Below are positions 11,300 to 24,512 of a DNA stretch of 64,000 nt, piece by piece (the stretch's first letter is position 1; each line of letters opens with the position of its first letter). Source of the DNA: Chlorokybus atmophyticus (lineage: Eukaryota > Plantae > Mesostigma and Chlorokybus algae). A model generated the notes under the pieces. That model worked only from the letters and a program-made list of their open reading frames with translations, ran no database searches and was not told where the DNA came from. Both the position numbers and the translations under genes were made by a program. The stretch spans positions 1 through 64,000 of the forward strand of contig RHPI01003599.1 in assembly GCA_009103225.1 (NCBI GenBank), in the 5' to 3' direction.

Positions 11300-14200
11300 G
11301 CGTACGGAATGTCACATCTGCCCACTCAAGCCATGGATGATAAATATGACAAGATGAAAAAGCAGCAGCAGCAGCACGAAGCACGCCACAGCAATCAAGG
11401 CCTTCTTGATGATGTTTTCCATCAACCACATGAGTCGGGGTGGGGAGTTGCCAACGTCTTCCAAGTCAGGGAGTGTGTCGAGGGTGTTGAACGCGCGCGT
11501 CCGCAGCTTATTTCAAAGAAGATTTAGGCGTTCTTGTTGTCAATGCTGCGAAGGAGAGTGTTGCGCTGAAGCCCTTCAGCACAGTGATCGTTCAATGCCT
11601 CGTGCATGCGTTCAAGTCGGCCATCAACTTGACGCCTCCCACGCGCAAAATGCTTCTGCTCTTACCCTGCGCAGCACATAGCAAACGTACACAACACGAT
11701 GTTACTCTACTCTCTCCCTGATACACACACCTTTGCACAGGCTGATTAACGCACATGTGCGTGCGTTTACAAGATCAGACAGGCACACTGGTGTGTAGGC
11801 AGTTCAAGAACACGTTGCATCATCTGCTCAGCGTTGCAAGCAATCAACGGCCATTCTTGCCATGGGTGTACAGCAAGGAGTAGTGTCTTCTTGCTGTGCG
11901 TCAACATGACATGCGGCACATATGCAATTATGTGCACTCCTTTGTGTGTTGCATGCAATAAGTTGAGAACATCGACAAGCAAGAAATGGCGTGCACTTCT
12001 ACCCCCCCCCTCAGTNNNNNNNNNNNNNNNNNNNNNNNNNNNNNNNNNNNNNNNNNNNNNNNNNNNNNNNNNNNNNNNNNNNNNNNNNNNNNNNNNNNNN
12101 NNNNNNNNNNNNNNNNNNNNNNNNNNNNNNNNNNNNNNNNNNNNNNNNNNNNCCCCCCCCCCCCCCCCCCCCCCCCTTCCCGCAGTTCTCACCTGAGTAC
12201 ACCACTTGGTCCGTGCCTTGTACTGTGCAACAGTGATCGCAGCATACGTATGCGGCCGCATGCGCGCGAGCGGAGTCTCCCGCAAACACCACGCTCTTTG
12301 CATCGCCCAACTTGGCCAACAAGTACAAGTGCATGTGCACTTGAAACAGCGGCGCTACGCCTGCTGCCAATGTGATGTCTTCATCGGTGAGATAGTTGCG
12401 TGCCAAGCCGTCCCTTTTCCTGAACAAGAGTGCACGTACACCATGCTTGAAACGGTAACTTCTGGACTTCTCTTTGTGTACTACATTTCCAATGCTCGCT
12501 TCGCGTAGGTAATCAAGCTGACTGGACGGCTGTCATGTGCCTCCACTGTGCAGTTGCGGATGACTTCCATTAGCTCGGTGGAGATTGGCGAGCCGAGTTT
12601 GCATGCAACCAGCATCACCGTGCATACAACTCCCGGAAGCAGCCAAAAGTGCTTGCTCGCCGGTGTACATGTGTGCAAGCGCACGTGTGAGTGCAAGGTG
12701 TGTGCGCGCATTTGAGCGTGCATGTACTTGTGCGTGTGCACGTCTGGAGGCGTGTGCCAATGTGTGTGCGCATGCGCATGTCCAAGTTCTTGAGCATGCT
12801 TGCACGTTGGTCAATGGAACGACTCATACAATGATTAAAAGATGCACACACACTTGCCTGCTGCTCAGCACAAAGTTTATGTGCAGGCTGCTCAAGCGTA
12901 TAATCATCTGAAGCTGCGGAGCTGTCACCAAGCACCTGCCACTGCAAGTTTTGACTAGATCTCTCTCATGTTTTGCTTATTGTTTGAGTTGTCCGCCCAT
13001 CATAGGGCACTTGGCAGCAGCTTCATACCTGCACTTGCACAGAGCGGTTGCAGCGCCCGCTTCATGCTACGATCAGCGTGCAAGCGGCTCACTTGCATAG
13101 CTCTCCATGAGGACTTGTACACGATACCTGCACCGTAAAAAGTTTTATATTCGTGCGTGTGCCTGTGTGGGAGTGCATATCTACGCATACGTGAGCGTTT
13201 TTGCGTGTCTGTGCATGTAGTTTTACAAGCAGTGGACCCTACAGCAGAATGTAAGGGAGCATGCTAATGCATGAAGGCACGTACCCGTTAGCTGGGCGTC
13301 TTAGCAGCAGACCACCTTGACGCTCTGGCCAGCACATTGTTGTTGGTACTCGTCAGCACATGAGCTCCTATCCATGAATATGTTGCATGAGCCTTGCACG
13401 AGCTGGCAAGTATGGTGCTATGTTGCAAATGTAAATGCACACACGCACGCGAGCACAGTGACTTGTACACTCCCATGAAGTTACACTTGCACTCGAACAC
13501 GCACAGCCGCTCATGCCATGTGCATGCACACTGCACTTACCAACATGTTGTAGTGCTGCAGTCTTTGGCATACCCATGTCGGCTGTAAATGAGATGTGGC
13601 CTCTTGCGGATTCGGTTGGCAGATTGTACCACCACACTGTCGTCAAACACGAGCAAAGAGGCGTCAAGAGCACGTAGAGACGTCTAGCAGTATCAAAGCG
13701 TGTTGTAAGCAGTTGGGATGCAATCATACAAGCAGTAGCATGCGCAGTTCGATCCTGCCAATGTAACATTCAGTGCAATACTCAATATTGTACTATATTG
13801 TTCATCATAGCATTCAACGAACGTCAGCATGGAAATCAAAACCTCACTGCCTTTAACCAACATGTCAAGATCTGCCTCTGCAAGGATAGCACACCGGGCA
13901 GGCTGGTAGTTGTCACTAGTAGTTGTCACTGTGTGGTTGTTGCGGGAATGTTGTGTGCGATGGTGCTGCTGATTGGCGTGGGTGCACATGCACACATGAC
14001 ACTGCAATTTTTTGGATCCCTGGTGTTGAGTCACAGATTACAAGTCACTGTTGTCCAGCGTGATGCTCACACACATGTTGGCACCTTGCGCTGTGCTAAG
14101 CAAGCGTCATCTATACAAAGACATGCTAGGTGCCAGCCAGCTGAGCAGGCTGGACACCACTGCACACTCAACATGCACCCTGCCGTGTGTGATGCTGCTT

Positions 14201-14900
14201 GCAGCAACATACCTCTGCAGGCCTAACACATCAGGTTGCTATTGACCACGAACGGCGGCCGTGGCATGTGCGTGCGTAGGCTTGCATGCAGCGGCATTAC
14301 CATTGTCTGTATGGCTCGGCTGGTCAGCTGAGATGAGATGAGCAATGGCAAACTGAGAATGAATCACATTACACGATTAAGCGACATTCAGAATGAGATT
14401 GAAGCCGCTCACATACTGTTATCGCAGAGGCACAGCACACGTCTCGCATGCTCAAGCAAGCCAGTCGTATCTTGCACCGACAAGTGCAAGCAGCAACTAG
14501 TTGGTTGCAACCCACCAGCTGAGCAGAGGCGGCCAGCAGCAGAGGCCACCATTACCCTCAGGTAGATCCCCCACGTAGCTCGCACGCTACTCCCTTCCAG
14601 CCTCCACCGCCTCCTCCTTGTCCTTCTCCGCCGCCGCCTGCGCCTCTGCGCCTCATGCACACGCAGTAATCGTACGCTTGTGCCAACCTTGTCCCAAGGC
14701 CCTCGTGCTTACTTCCATAGAGGGCGGCACGCAAAACTGGCTGGGCGTCGGTATTGCATCTCTCTCAGAGGCCTGTCGGATACAGACCCTTCCAGCTTAG
14801 TTGGGCTGCGCTGTTTGCTGCTTGCTGCCTGTCTGGTGGCGGTGGCGGTGGTGCGGTAGCTAGTGGTGTGTAATTAGCTACGGCAGAGCTTGGCGGAAAG
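11300..14900 (-). pseudogene. Possible decayed, intron-containing coding relic of unknown identity
   Basis: Protein-like frames broken by stops, e.g. ...HSGGT*QPSSQLDYLREASIGNVVHKEKSRSYRFKHGVRALLFRKRDGLARNYLTDEDITLAAGVAPLF..., ending at a G|GTGAG donor (12193). No family recognised; boundaries are rough. Confidence 0.25.
12016..12152. other. Assembly gap (N run) flanked by poly-C
   Basis: 137 Ns, followed by 24 Cs and preceded by a 9-C run. Confidence 0.98.
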
Positions 14901-16816
14901 AGGAGTTGCCGTTGGCGGTCGGTGTGGTGCCGATATCATGGTGGGCCTCAAGCCCGTTGCGGGTGTTGTGGCGGAGCTACTGATTTCAGCAGACATGCTG
15001 TGCTCAATGTGTGCGGATTGCATGCTTGTGTCATGGCGCCTCATTATGCCTTGCCTTGCGCCTTGCTATAGTTGAGCACTTAACTAGCCTCTAGGTTGTT
15101 CCAGAACGAATCACACTCCGTATGCTTGAGTAGCATGCGTCGGCTGGCCCACATATCTAGCAACTTCACCAGGTTGGCGGCTTGCTCGGCTGTAGCTAAA
15201 GCTAATGGGCTTGCTGTTCACAATCAGTGGATCAAGATGCATGGAAGCTTGACGTAGTTGCTCTTACGAGTTGCGTGTGTGTGATCAGCGCTGCTATAGA
15301 AGCGGGTTGAGGGTGATTCTGCACACGATTTTCGTTTTCGTGAGTTATCCCATGCTTGTTAGAGTAATCATGCGGATGAGGTGGACGTGTTGGACGTCTC
15401 TCGTGCATTCATCAATCGTCTACTTGCATGTGTTCAAATGGTGTTTTGCAACACCCGTAACATAAAATTGACTGGCTAGCCCCATAAGCCTTGGCCCAGC
15501 AGTGGGTCAGCAGCCAATTGATAAGGAACAAACAAACATGCAACCTTTGTTGCACACGGCTTGAATATAACTGTTTCAACTCAACGTGTGATAAAACAAA
15601 CATATCACGAACATCGCTTGAAGTGCGGGCAGTACTGAAACCGCTAGCTTTATACACAAGTGAATAACAAGCACTTTTTTGAATTGGTGTGCAATCTTGT
15701 TCGTTGACATGTAAAGGAATAAGCTTGCACCATTACCCAAACATGTGTTTTCGCCTCACGCTAATTATGTGCGCTCGAAGTATATCATCCTTTACAACAA
15801 TGTCCTGTCATGCTTGAAGGCAACTTATGTACTTGTTGGTTGCAAATCTGCATCATATAAGTATAGCACCATCCTGGATCAACATCCAAACTCATTTGCT
15901 CCACTTTACCTTGCTGATTTGTTTACGTGCATTAACAAGGACACTTGGTATCAGGTTGGGAACCCGTCACACAGTGTTATGGGTGTCGACTCCACTGTGG
16001 AGTCCACTGCGGAGAGTCTCTTGATAGCAAAAGCCGGGATTTCATCACAATTGCTTTGGTTGAAACCTGGCACAGCGGGTATTTTTGGCATGGGATGTCG
16101 ACCACCTTCGCGCCGGAGGGCTCCGCCGCACGTGCGCGTCGGCGTTCACACCACACGCCGCGCGACCGCTCCACGTCACCCTGGCATCGTCGCGAGCTTT
16201 TCGTAGTCTGCGCTTGCCAAAACGGGGTTTGGCCGTCAAACCGCCGGTCATGCACGCACATCATCGCAGCCCAGCGGATGGGCTGGTAGCCGGTAGCGTA
16301 CACACGCAGCCGGCCGGCCTCCGCGCCACCGATCTCAGGCCACCAGGAACCCGCCCAGCTGCCAGCGGCCCAGCTCGCACGCATCCAAAACAAGAAAAAA
16401 TATCTCACGCGCAGTTAAAACCAACTGTTGTCGTTGTGGTTGCGCGCAGCGCACTTGACGCCTGCCTACTTAGGCCTACACTGCAACGGCCGTCCCGTTT
16501 GGTTTCGCTTTGCTCGAGGAGTGTCCGTCGTGGAACTTTACCAGTGCGGCGATTGGTTCCTGCGCCGCTGGCGAGAGAGCGAGAGAGCGAGACAACACAT
16601 TGAGAGGCCTGCGCTTGCGGGCCACTTCCCGCCGTAGGACTCGACCACGGCAGAGCTAGCAGTTGGGGTGTGGCTGGCAGTGTAGCAAGGAGCAGCATTG
16701 CGGTGGTAGCGGCGGCGGCAGGGTTAGGGCGTGTGGCGACAGCTGGTCTGGGAGGCCGCGTTGTGGGTGTGGGCGTGAAGCTTGCTGCTGCGGGTCGCCA
16801 GGCAGCTGCTTTCAAC

Positions 16817-18748
16817 ATGGCGGTGGCGTTCTCCGCCATGCACACGGCAGCCGCCGCCGCCGCCCCAGCCACCGCCCGCCTGCCCTCCGTGCAGCAGCGT
16901 GGTAGGGCGGCTGCTGGTGTGGCAGGCGCACGAATCCAGCGTGTCGTCGTCCCCAGGCCGTGCCGCCTGGGCCCCGGCCTGGCGCCGGCCCGCCCGCAGC
17001 GCAGCCTCACAGCCCGCTGCGTGCTGGAGAAGAACGCTCCCGCCGCCCCCGCCGTCCCGCCCGAATCAGAGGCAGCCAGCCTCTTCTCAGCGGCACAGCA
17101 ACCCGAAGCACAGAAGCCCGTAGGCCAGCCCATTTGGCTGTCGGATGTCGTTGTCACAAACAAGTAAGTGAACACCTAGTTATCCCTGCTGGAGCGCGTG
17201 CGCTTTCTATCTTGGTGAGTGTGATTGTGCGATACCAGCTAATAAATCTTGCTGTACACACACAACCGCGTTGGCCTTGTCTCGTGCATGCATGGGCACG
17301 GACATGGCTAGCCAAGCAAGCAGTGAGAGACTTGGCTTCATGTTGACAAGCAGCTTATGAGATTTTAGGCCTTGCGCTTTGAGCATTCAGCAACACAGCC
17401 ACTCATATGTGCTACCCTCAGGCGCAATTACTGGTTTGACCGAGAATGGGCGCCGACGGACATCGGCTACGTCGTGTTCATGTCGGCCATGCATATAGCC
17501 TGCCTCTGGGCGCCAGCAACGTTTTCGTGGGGCAACGTTGCCCTATTTGCTGGCTTGTACTTCATTACAGGCTGCCTTGGAATTACACTGTCATTCCACC
17601 GCAACCTCTCACACAAGGCCTTCAAATTGCCAAAGTGGCTGGAGTACACCTTTGCATACTGCGGCGTGCAGGCAGTGCAGGTAAATAGTTGAAGCTGACT
17701 CTTTACATGTTGTGGGGTGGGGTTACTGAGTTACTGTGTTGGGTCTCATCAGGGTGACCCCTTGGAGTGGGTGAGCTCTCACCGGTATCACCATGCAAAC
17801 TGTGACACCCTGGAGGATCCGCACACACCTTATGAAGGATTCTGGTGGAGCCACATGGGTTGGCTGCTTGACGAGAAGGCAACTCTGAAAAGGGTGAGTG
17901 CAGGCATGACTGACATGTGTTTGGCTTGTGTAATAGTTTGTACCTTTTTGTGGCCCAGTGCAATGTGCTGATGAGGTGTCTCGCAGGTTGGGGCACGTGC
18001 AAATATTGCGGACATGGAGTCGCAGCCTTTCTACAAGTGGATCCAGAAGACGTACATTGCTCACCCAATCGCGTTCGCTGGGCTGTTGTACGCTTTTGGC
18101 GGTCTGCCAGCCATTATCTGGGGCATGGTGAGTGCAATATATGTGCGGTGCTGTCTTCATTCATCTCCTCTGCTAAACTGGTCACTTGTTGGTCAGCATG
18201 ATAAGTACTTTTTAGGTAGTGTGTAGTTTGCATTTTGTGTGGGAAAAGCGCACCTTGAGAGATCTGTTCCCCGCAGTGCTTGAGAGTGGTGTGGGTGTAT
18301 CACATCACCTGGCTGGTGAACTCCGCCTCACACGTGTGGGGCAACCAATCATGGAACACTGGCGACCTGTCCAGAAACAACTGGTGCGTACATCCACATT
18401 CTCCTCCTGCTTCTTGCCCGTCAATATGCACACAAGTTTGCATTTCGATTGTATTGTTATGTCCATGGTACTCATGGCAGTCGGTATGCATCAGCTCAAG
18501 TGCCATGTTGCATACCTCCATTGACACATGAATGCAGGTGGGTGGCAGTCCTGGCTTTTGGGGAGGGGTGGCACAACAACCACCACGCTTTTGAGTACTC
18601 TGCTCGACACGGGTTGCAGTGGTGGCAGTGGGATCCCACTTGGTACGTCATCAAGGGGTTGGAGAAGGTCGGCCTTGCTACCAACGTCAAGCTGCCAAGG
18701 GCTGAGCATCAAAGGAGGCTGGCTTTTGAGACAGCCCCTTCGAGCTAA
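16817..18748 (+). CDS. ADS: Plastid acyl-lipid delta-9/delta-7 desaturase (ADS/FAD5-like)
   Basis: Exons 16817-17163, 17422-17680, 17753-17893, 17987-18127, 18277-18383, 18538-18748. Three His boxes (SFHRNLSH, WVSSHRYHH, GEGWHNNHHAF) and a transit-peptide-like N-terminus. Confidence 0.93.
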
Positions 18749-21106
18749 GTAGCGTGTCAATGTTGCTGTGGTGCAGTGAGTGCTGTGAGTGGTTGCGCAC
18801 TTGCAGAAAGTTGGGGGCTGTCGGGTGGGGCCAAAGGATGTTGTGGGATGTAGGCGCTGTTCAGAAAATTGATGTTGTTGATATTGTATTGCAGTTGGCC
18901 AGGGCGTGAGCATTTTTGCGCATAGGTTGGTAGGCATTCGTGTGCTAAGCCGTGGTCAGTTGGTGTAAAAGACAAGTTTACATGTATCACGCCCAGCAGG
19001 GTGTTGTAAGATGGTGGAGTAGATGTTGAGGTTTTACGCTGTGCATGGTGTGCCGTGTGAGCTGAACATGCAAGGTGTTTGTGTGACGTGAATATTTTGC
19101 CATGCTCGCAATTCATTGGTCGAGAGTGGGATGTAGCAGCATTTGTCAATGAATGTCATATATCAATTCTTCCGTTTTGGTGAGCCTGTTGCAATTGGGC
19201 TGCAATAACCGCAAGCCATCAAGATTATCAGGTAGTCAATGTAGGCCAGGAGGGGTTATATTCTGTACAGGATCTGCAAGACGCCATTGTGTATCCGCAA
19301 CATCCAGCACCTGCTTCGGCACGGTCAGAGTAGCCACAGTCAATTCACGCCAAGTACAATCTCTGCACATGGTTCACACAGATGGTGGGCATAAGGTATA
19401 CGTTGATTTGCACAGCATGCTCACACAATAGCGTCTTCAATTTTCTGTACACGATCTGCACTACAATAGCTAGCAACGATCAGCAAGCGGTAGCACACAG
19501 CAAGCAGCAAGAGAGGAGCAGACAAGAAAACTATTGCCAACCCTCGGGGCCCTATACTACAGCTAGTGCTCTATGTGCGTGCAGTGCAAAGGGCAGGCAG
19601 CTGCAAGGGCGTTGTGGACCAACCTGTGGACCAGCGAGGGAGAGTAGAAGGTGGGTTAGTCCGTGGGCTGGAGGAGTAGGAAGACAGCAAGAGCTGAGCT
19701 GTGTTGTGCAGTGTAGTGCTGTGCAGAATGCGCAGCCCTCACTCCTTGGCCCTCCCGCCAACCGTGCAGTCTTGGTGGCGGCTGTGGGGGCTTGGACTTA
19801 CGTTGGGTCTTGCAGTAACGATGGCTTAAGACCTGCAACTGCTAACTCATACCACATGCCATCAATGCTGCAACGGTCATATTCAGACATGCCAAATCAC
19901 ATAGCACATAATTAGACTTGATGTGAGATCCATTCACAGGGCCAAGACCATGACTTGCATGTGTAACATATATGCAATGTTATGCATGTGACCCTATTGC
20001 ATTGTGAACATGACATGCACACACACGCACACTTGCACACGCCAGCAAACAACTTCTTACACCACCGGGCTACCTATACAAACTAGGTAGCTACTTTCGC
20101 TAAGCCCTTGCCCCGTTAGTCAACATGCATGCGTAGTTACCTGTACACAAGTAGAGTCCCCACAGTTAGGCACCGGTGTGGCTGTAGTTGTGGCAGCAGC
20201 ACAAAGCAGACGGACTCCCCCTCCCTCTGCTCCCTCGCTCTCTCTCCACCCGCCGCCCTGCTTCTCTCTTGGCAGTCTGCGCCCCTGCTGCTGTTGACGC
20301 TGCCAGGGTTGCAGTGTCAACGTCAGCAGTACGCAACTGCGTGCAAGGCTGTCGCGACTTGCCCGCATGGTCGTCAGTGGCTGAATGTCGCATGCTGTGC
20401 CAGTGCAGTCGGTTGTGGTTTGGGGCTGGCAGTTAGGTGCTGCGGTGGGGTTGGGTGGTGGGGTTGGAGCGACATTTGCTTCGCACGGGCAGGCTGCGGT
20501 GTACGGGGTGCTCCCTGTACTTGCCATTGCTGTTACCCACTGACAGGCCTCCCAATTGATAACGTATTAGTAACAAGTTGAGCTAGTGACATGTTCCCGT
20601 AATAACCAACTTCACGGGACTTGGAGCCCGGCCTTCCCAATGGGCTACCCAAATAGGGAACGGTGTTTGAGTACAAAGAAATGGTGTACGAGGTGCTCTG
20701 GCATATAATCAACAATTTTTATATAGCTAACAAGATGAGCATGTGATTCACACAAATGGTGGTTAATCTGCGTCACAACCAACAAGACGACACATTGTCT
20801 CCCACCTTAGGCACAGGAACGTGTCCCTCAACTCCGTCACAACCTTCGGCAACGTTTTACTGCATTACAAGCTCCCTACACACTCCACCCCAACACACAC
20901 GGACAATCACTCGCGCTGAAGCACGCCAATGCACATGCAGACATCAAAGTATGTTGACGACATGTGCAGCACACATTGTGCGTTGATACTTTACACTCAC
21001 ACAACACTGCATGCAATCGCCACCCAGCAATCATGTGCACAAGTGACAATTCAGCATATGGTGGTGTCCAAGGCAAGAGTTTTTTACCTCTGCCTAGCCT
21101 AAAGCC

Positions 21107-22922
21107 CTAGCTACCAAGCTCCTGTTTGGCGCAGTACTGCGCAAAAGCAGGCTTCATCAGCCTGCTCTGGTCTATGCTAATCGCTTTCTGCACCGCGAGT
21201 GTGGCTGGACTGCCACTGTCAGACAGAGCAGCAGGCTGGGCGACTGTTGTATCCAATATGCTACAACCGGGATGGCTAGCTAGAGTGCTAGGAGAATGAA
21301 AGCGGCAACCAGCCCGGTTCGAGCAGACTCCGCATGCCTCAAGTGCAGGGCATATGTACGTGTGCTTCATGACGCACTGCAGGAATCAAACAACAAGGCA
21401 CGCAATGCACATTGCGCGTGCACCGTGACATTAGTAAGCAAGACAGCAGCTATGCTGGCAACATGCAGACACCGGCAGACACAAGCAGCACCACACATTG
21501 ACGCATCACACCAGAGTATATTGAGCCAAGATCTGTACCTGATCTCCATCTGGGCAGTAGCCGCGCAGGAAGCGCTGACAAACCGGTGCCTTTGGGTTGA
21601 CATTTACATGCCTGTAAGGACACTGCTCGCGTGTGCACACTCCCTGAAGGAAATGCGAACAGACAGGCATGCGATGCGGCATGACTTTATGTTGCAGCAG
21701 GCAACCTTCACCGGCACAAGTGCCCTTGAGCCATCGCGTACAGACAGCGACCTGCAACAGAAGAGGTACAGCTCTGTCACTGAAACTTCACTAAAGCAGC
21801 AACTGCACATCACCTGCAGCGCGTGCGCGCATATGTGCGTGCGTGCGTGCGTGCGTGCCTGTGGTGTCGTACCTTGTCTGGGTCGTGAATGTACTTGCAG
21901 CTGTCTGGCTTATTGCACTTGCCAAACCGTGTGAAGAACAAGCAGTGCTGCCGCTTTGTCACTTTGCGCAAGTGCGCATTCAGCAAAGTCTTCCTGACCC
22001 ACATGGTTGCCGCCTTTGACCTTACACGCTTACGCTGGTTGCCGTTGCCTTGTTCTGGAGCTTTGCGCTTTCTGCTGGTTATTGATATAGGAACGGGAGC
22101 AGCATATGCTGGTTCATATTGACTTGTATTGTCATTGCCTCTGTCGCGCACCTAACAACAACTCCACTTGAACGTAAAGCTCACGTTGTAACACCAGAAG
22201 TTCATGACGCCAAAGCACGCAACATATAGAAACAGGCCCTCATAGCACTTGATTCAGTCACTTACCAGCTGCAAACTGTGCCTAAACTTCTTGTGGTACG
22301 TGTTCAGCCCAGGTAAAGGCCGATCCCATGTCCAATGCCGTTTGAGCTTGCGAGCCCTGCGCAAACTGGCGACTCTAAGCTTGCACAACCGCACTTGCAG
22401 TGGGGTGCAAGGTTTGAGCGATTGAGCAACTTTGAGCTCGCTGCGAACAAGCTGCTTTCGTCCCCTCCTTATATAGACCGTGCCAGCACCCTTCCCATCA
22501 GAAATTTTCGCAACAGCTGGTTGTTGCTTGACACGCACCAACTTGTGAGCAGTCTGCACGTAAGAAGCAGTTGACGGGCCGACCAACTGTGCGGGCATCT
22601 GTGCACGCGTCTCTTTTGTGCTTTGAGCAGCGGTGGCAGGAGTAGAGTCCACACGAGACCATGTTTTGTTCCTGCGCAATGCACCCTTGGCAAGCTGCCG
22701 AGGTTTTGGTGGAGAGAACCTCCCGCGCACTATGCCACTCAACCCAGCGGCAGGTTGAGCAGGGCTAGATGGCTGACTTCCAAGCGACTTGCGCCGCCAC
22801 GTGCGAGTGTTGACCTTGCTGTACAAGCCTTGGAGCACTGACTGGGTTGCTGGCGCGGAGACAATTGTGTCTTGGTGCCGCTGCCATACCCGCGATGCAG
22901 ACCGTTGTGTGCGAGTTGCCAT
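21107..22922 (-). CDS. Tandem CCCH zinc-finger protein, ZC3H3/Red5-like
   Basis: Four exons. C-terminal array CLFFTRFGKCNKPDSCKYIH, CTRWLKGTCAGEGCLLQH, CSHFLQGVCTREQCPYRH, CQRFLRGYCPDGDQCVMKH, CPALEACGVCSNRAGCRFH. Basic low-complexity N-terminus; start uncertain. Confidence 0.82.
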
Positions 22923-23105
22923 GCTTGAAACTCAAGCCTTGAGATGTAAACACGCACAAAGCTTCTCCTTGTGATTCTCACACTAAACTACCTCTCCCAA
23001 GCCCAACCCCTCCCGGTAAACTCTCCTGCTCTCCCTCCCAAAATCTAGCAGCTAATTGCAGCAACAATAACAGTTGCGCCTTGACTAATCCACAACTCTA
23101 CAAAC

Positions 23106-23750
23106 TCAACCTGTTCTGCGAATGATGTGCAGACCACTGTCAGTATCTACAATGTCGCTGGTCTCACCAACCTGCGCAGCAAGCACATAACGCGGTCACT
23201 TACCTGTCAGCCAAAGTTCAGCACGCGTGACTGTGCGCTGACACTACTGCATGCAGTACACAGCTGAAAGCAACACTCAGAACAGCACAACCCCAGATGA
23301 GCATGGCCTTCATATGCTGCAAACGGGAAGGACAATCTGACACACACACAACTTCACAGCAGTAACACGACGCAATACCTGCAGTGCAAACGCCGCCTCC
23401 TCAAACGGGCGCTGCATCTGTCCCTTGCCAAAGTAGCCCAAATCCCCTCCCCGCTTGGCACTGTTGCAGTCACTCTGCGCCTCAGCTACCTGCACGCAAG
23501 CTTGCTGTCAACTCAACTAGACAACAAAGAGCATAATATCACGGCAACGAGCCCCAACATCACCAAGCACCTCTTCAAAAGGAGCGCCATCGTTGACAGC
23601 GGCTTGCAAGGCGATGAGCTTCTTCCTGGCGGCCTCCTTGCTTCTCTTCTTGATGTCGACGCCGTCAGGGTCTCTCCAGGAAGAAAGGCGGCGGGACTCG
23701 TTGTGCTTCACCAAGATGTGACTGGCGCGCACCTTGTCGACGCTAGCCAT
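23106..23750 (-). CDS. PIN1: Pin1-type parvulin peptidyl-prolyl isomerase (plant type, no WW domain)
   Basis: Three exons give [16 protein letters not shown]...[53 protein letters not shown]. Confidence 0.94.
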
Positions 23751-23833
23751 GCCCTCCCAGCCCCCGGCTCCCGCCTCCTCCCGAAGCCAGCCGCAACCCG
23801 GACCCCTCCGTGCTGCCTCACGCACCCCAGACC

Positions 23834-23842
23834 AAACCCTAA
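23834..23842. promoter_or_regulatory. Telo-box (AAACCCTAA) upstream of PIN1
   Basis: Exact plant telo-box ~85 bp upstream of the ATG. A second one (TAGGGTTT) lies at 30856-30863, upstream of the hypothetical gene. Confidence 0.4.
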
Positions 23843-24512
23843 CCCCGCTGAGTCACCCTCCACCTCCAAGCAACGCACAACAAGCAGCAAGCCCGAAACC
23901 TGTCTTCTGTGCACTCCCGAAGCTTCCAAAGAACAACCACTATCAGCGATGAAGGCAACACCGACAGCGACGCCCGCACCACCCCCACCGCCGCCCACAA
24001 CGCCGGCAACGTCGTCGTCCAAGGGCTGAAGCGTATCAACCCGGTAATGGATATTGTTACTTCCGTAGTCTCGAGTATCGACGGGAAAACCGTTACAAGC
24101 TCTCCGACCGGTCAGCCGGTGGAGTGGCGGCTGTTCGGTTCTGCAACAACGCGTTTCAACCGGTCTGCTCTGCCAGCACTGTCGGTTGGCAACCGGTGTG
24201 CCGTGTTCGCATGCAGGGCAGGGCGGGAGCGTCGTCGTCGTCGGTGTTGTCGTCGTCGTTGGCGTCTTTGTCGGGAGCCTGGGCATGAGGAGAAACAGTA
24301 CTGCAGCTTAGCTTGACATAAGTATGACATGCAAAGCGCAGTGCTGCATCACTGCAAGACAGTGCGGAGACACATGGGGCCGTTGAGCCATGGCTGAGCA
24401 CGGTGGTGGCCGCCTGTTGCAGCTGCTTTGAACTAACGGGATGCGCAATCTGAAGGGGCCAACTCCACTGCCTTGATTCATTAGCTTACTGCAGTTCTTT
24501 GCTTGTGTCGCC

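Noticed and set aside
10746-12427. ORF-track entries with SLSL, poly-X or poly-P runs
   Set aside because: Artefacts of the (GA)n repeat, the N gap and the poly-C runs.
19150-20580. Gene between the desaturase and the CCCH gene
   Set aside because: Several frames look protein-like, but none gives a consistent start, splice chain or motif.
24184-24194. RFX X-box upstream of BBS9 (GGTTGGCAACC)
   Set aside because: It does not fit the X-box spacing, and RFX factors are not known from green plants.
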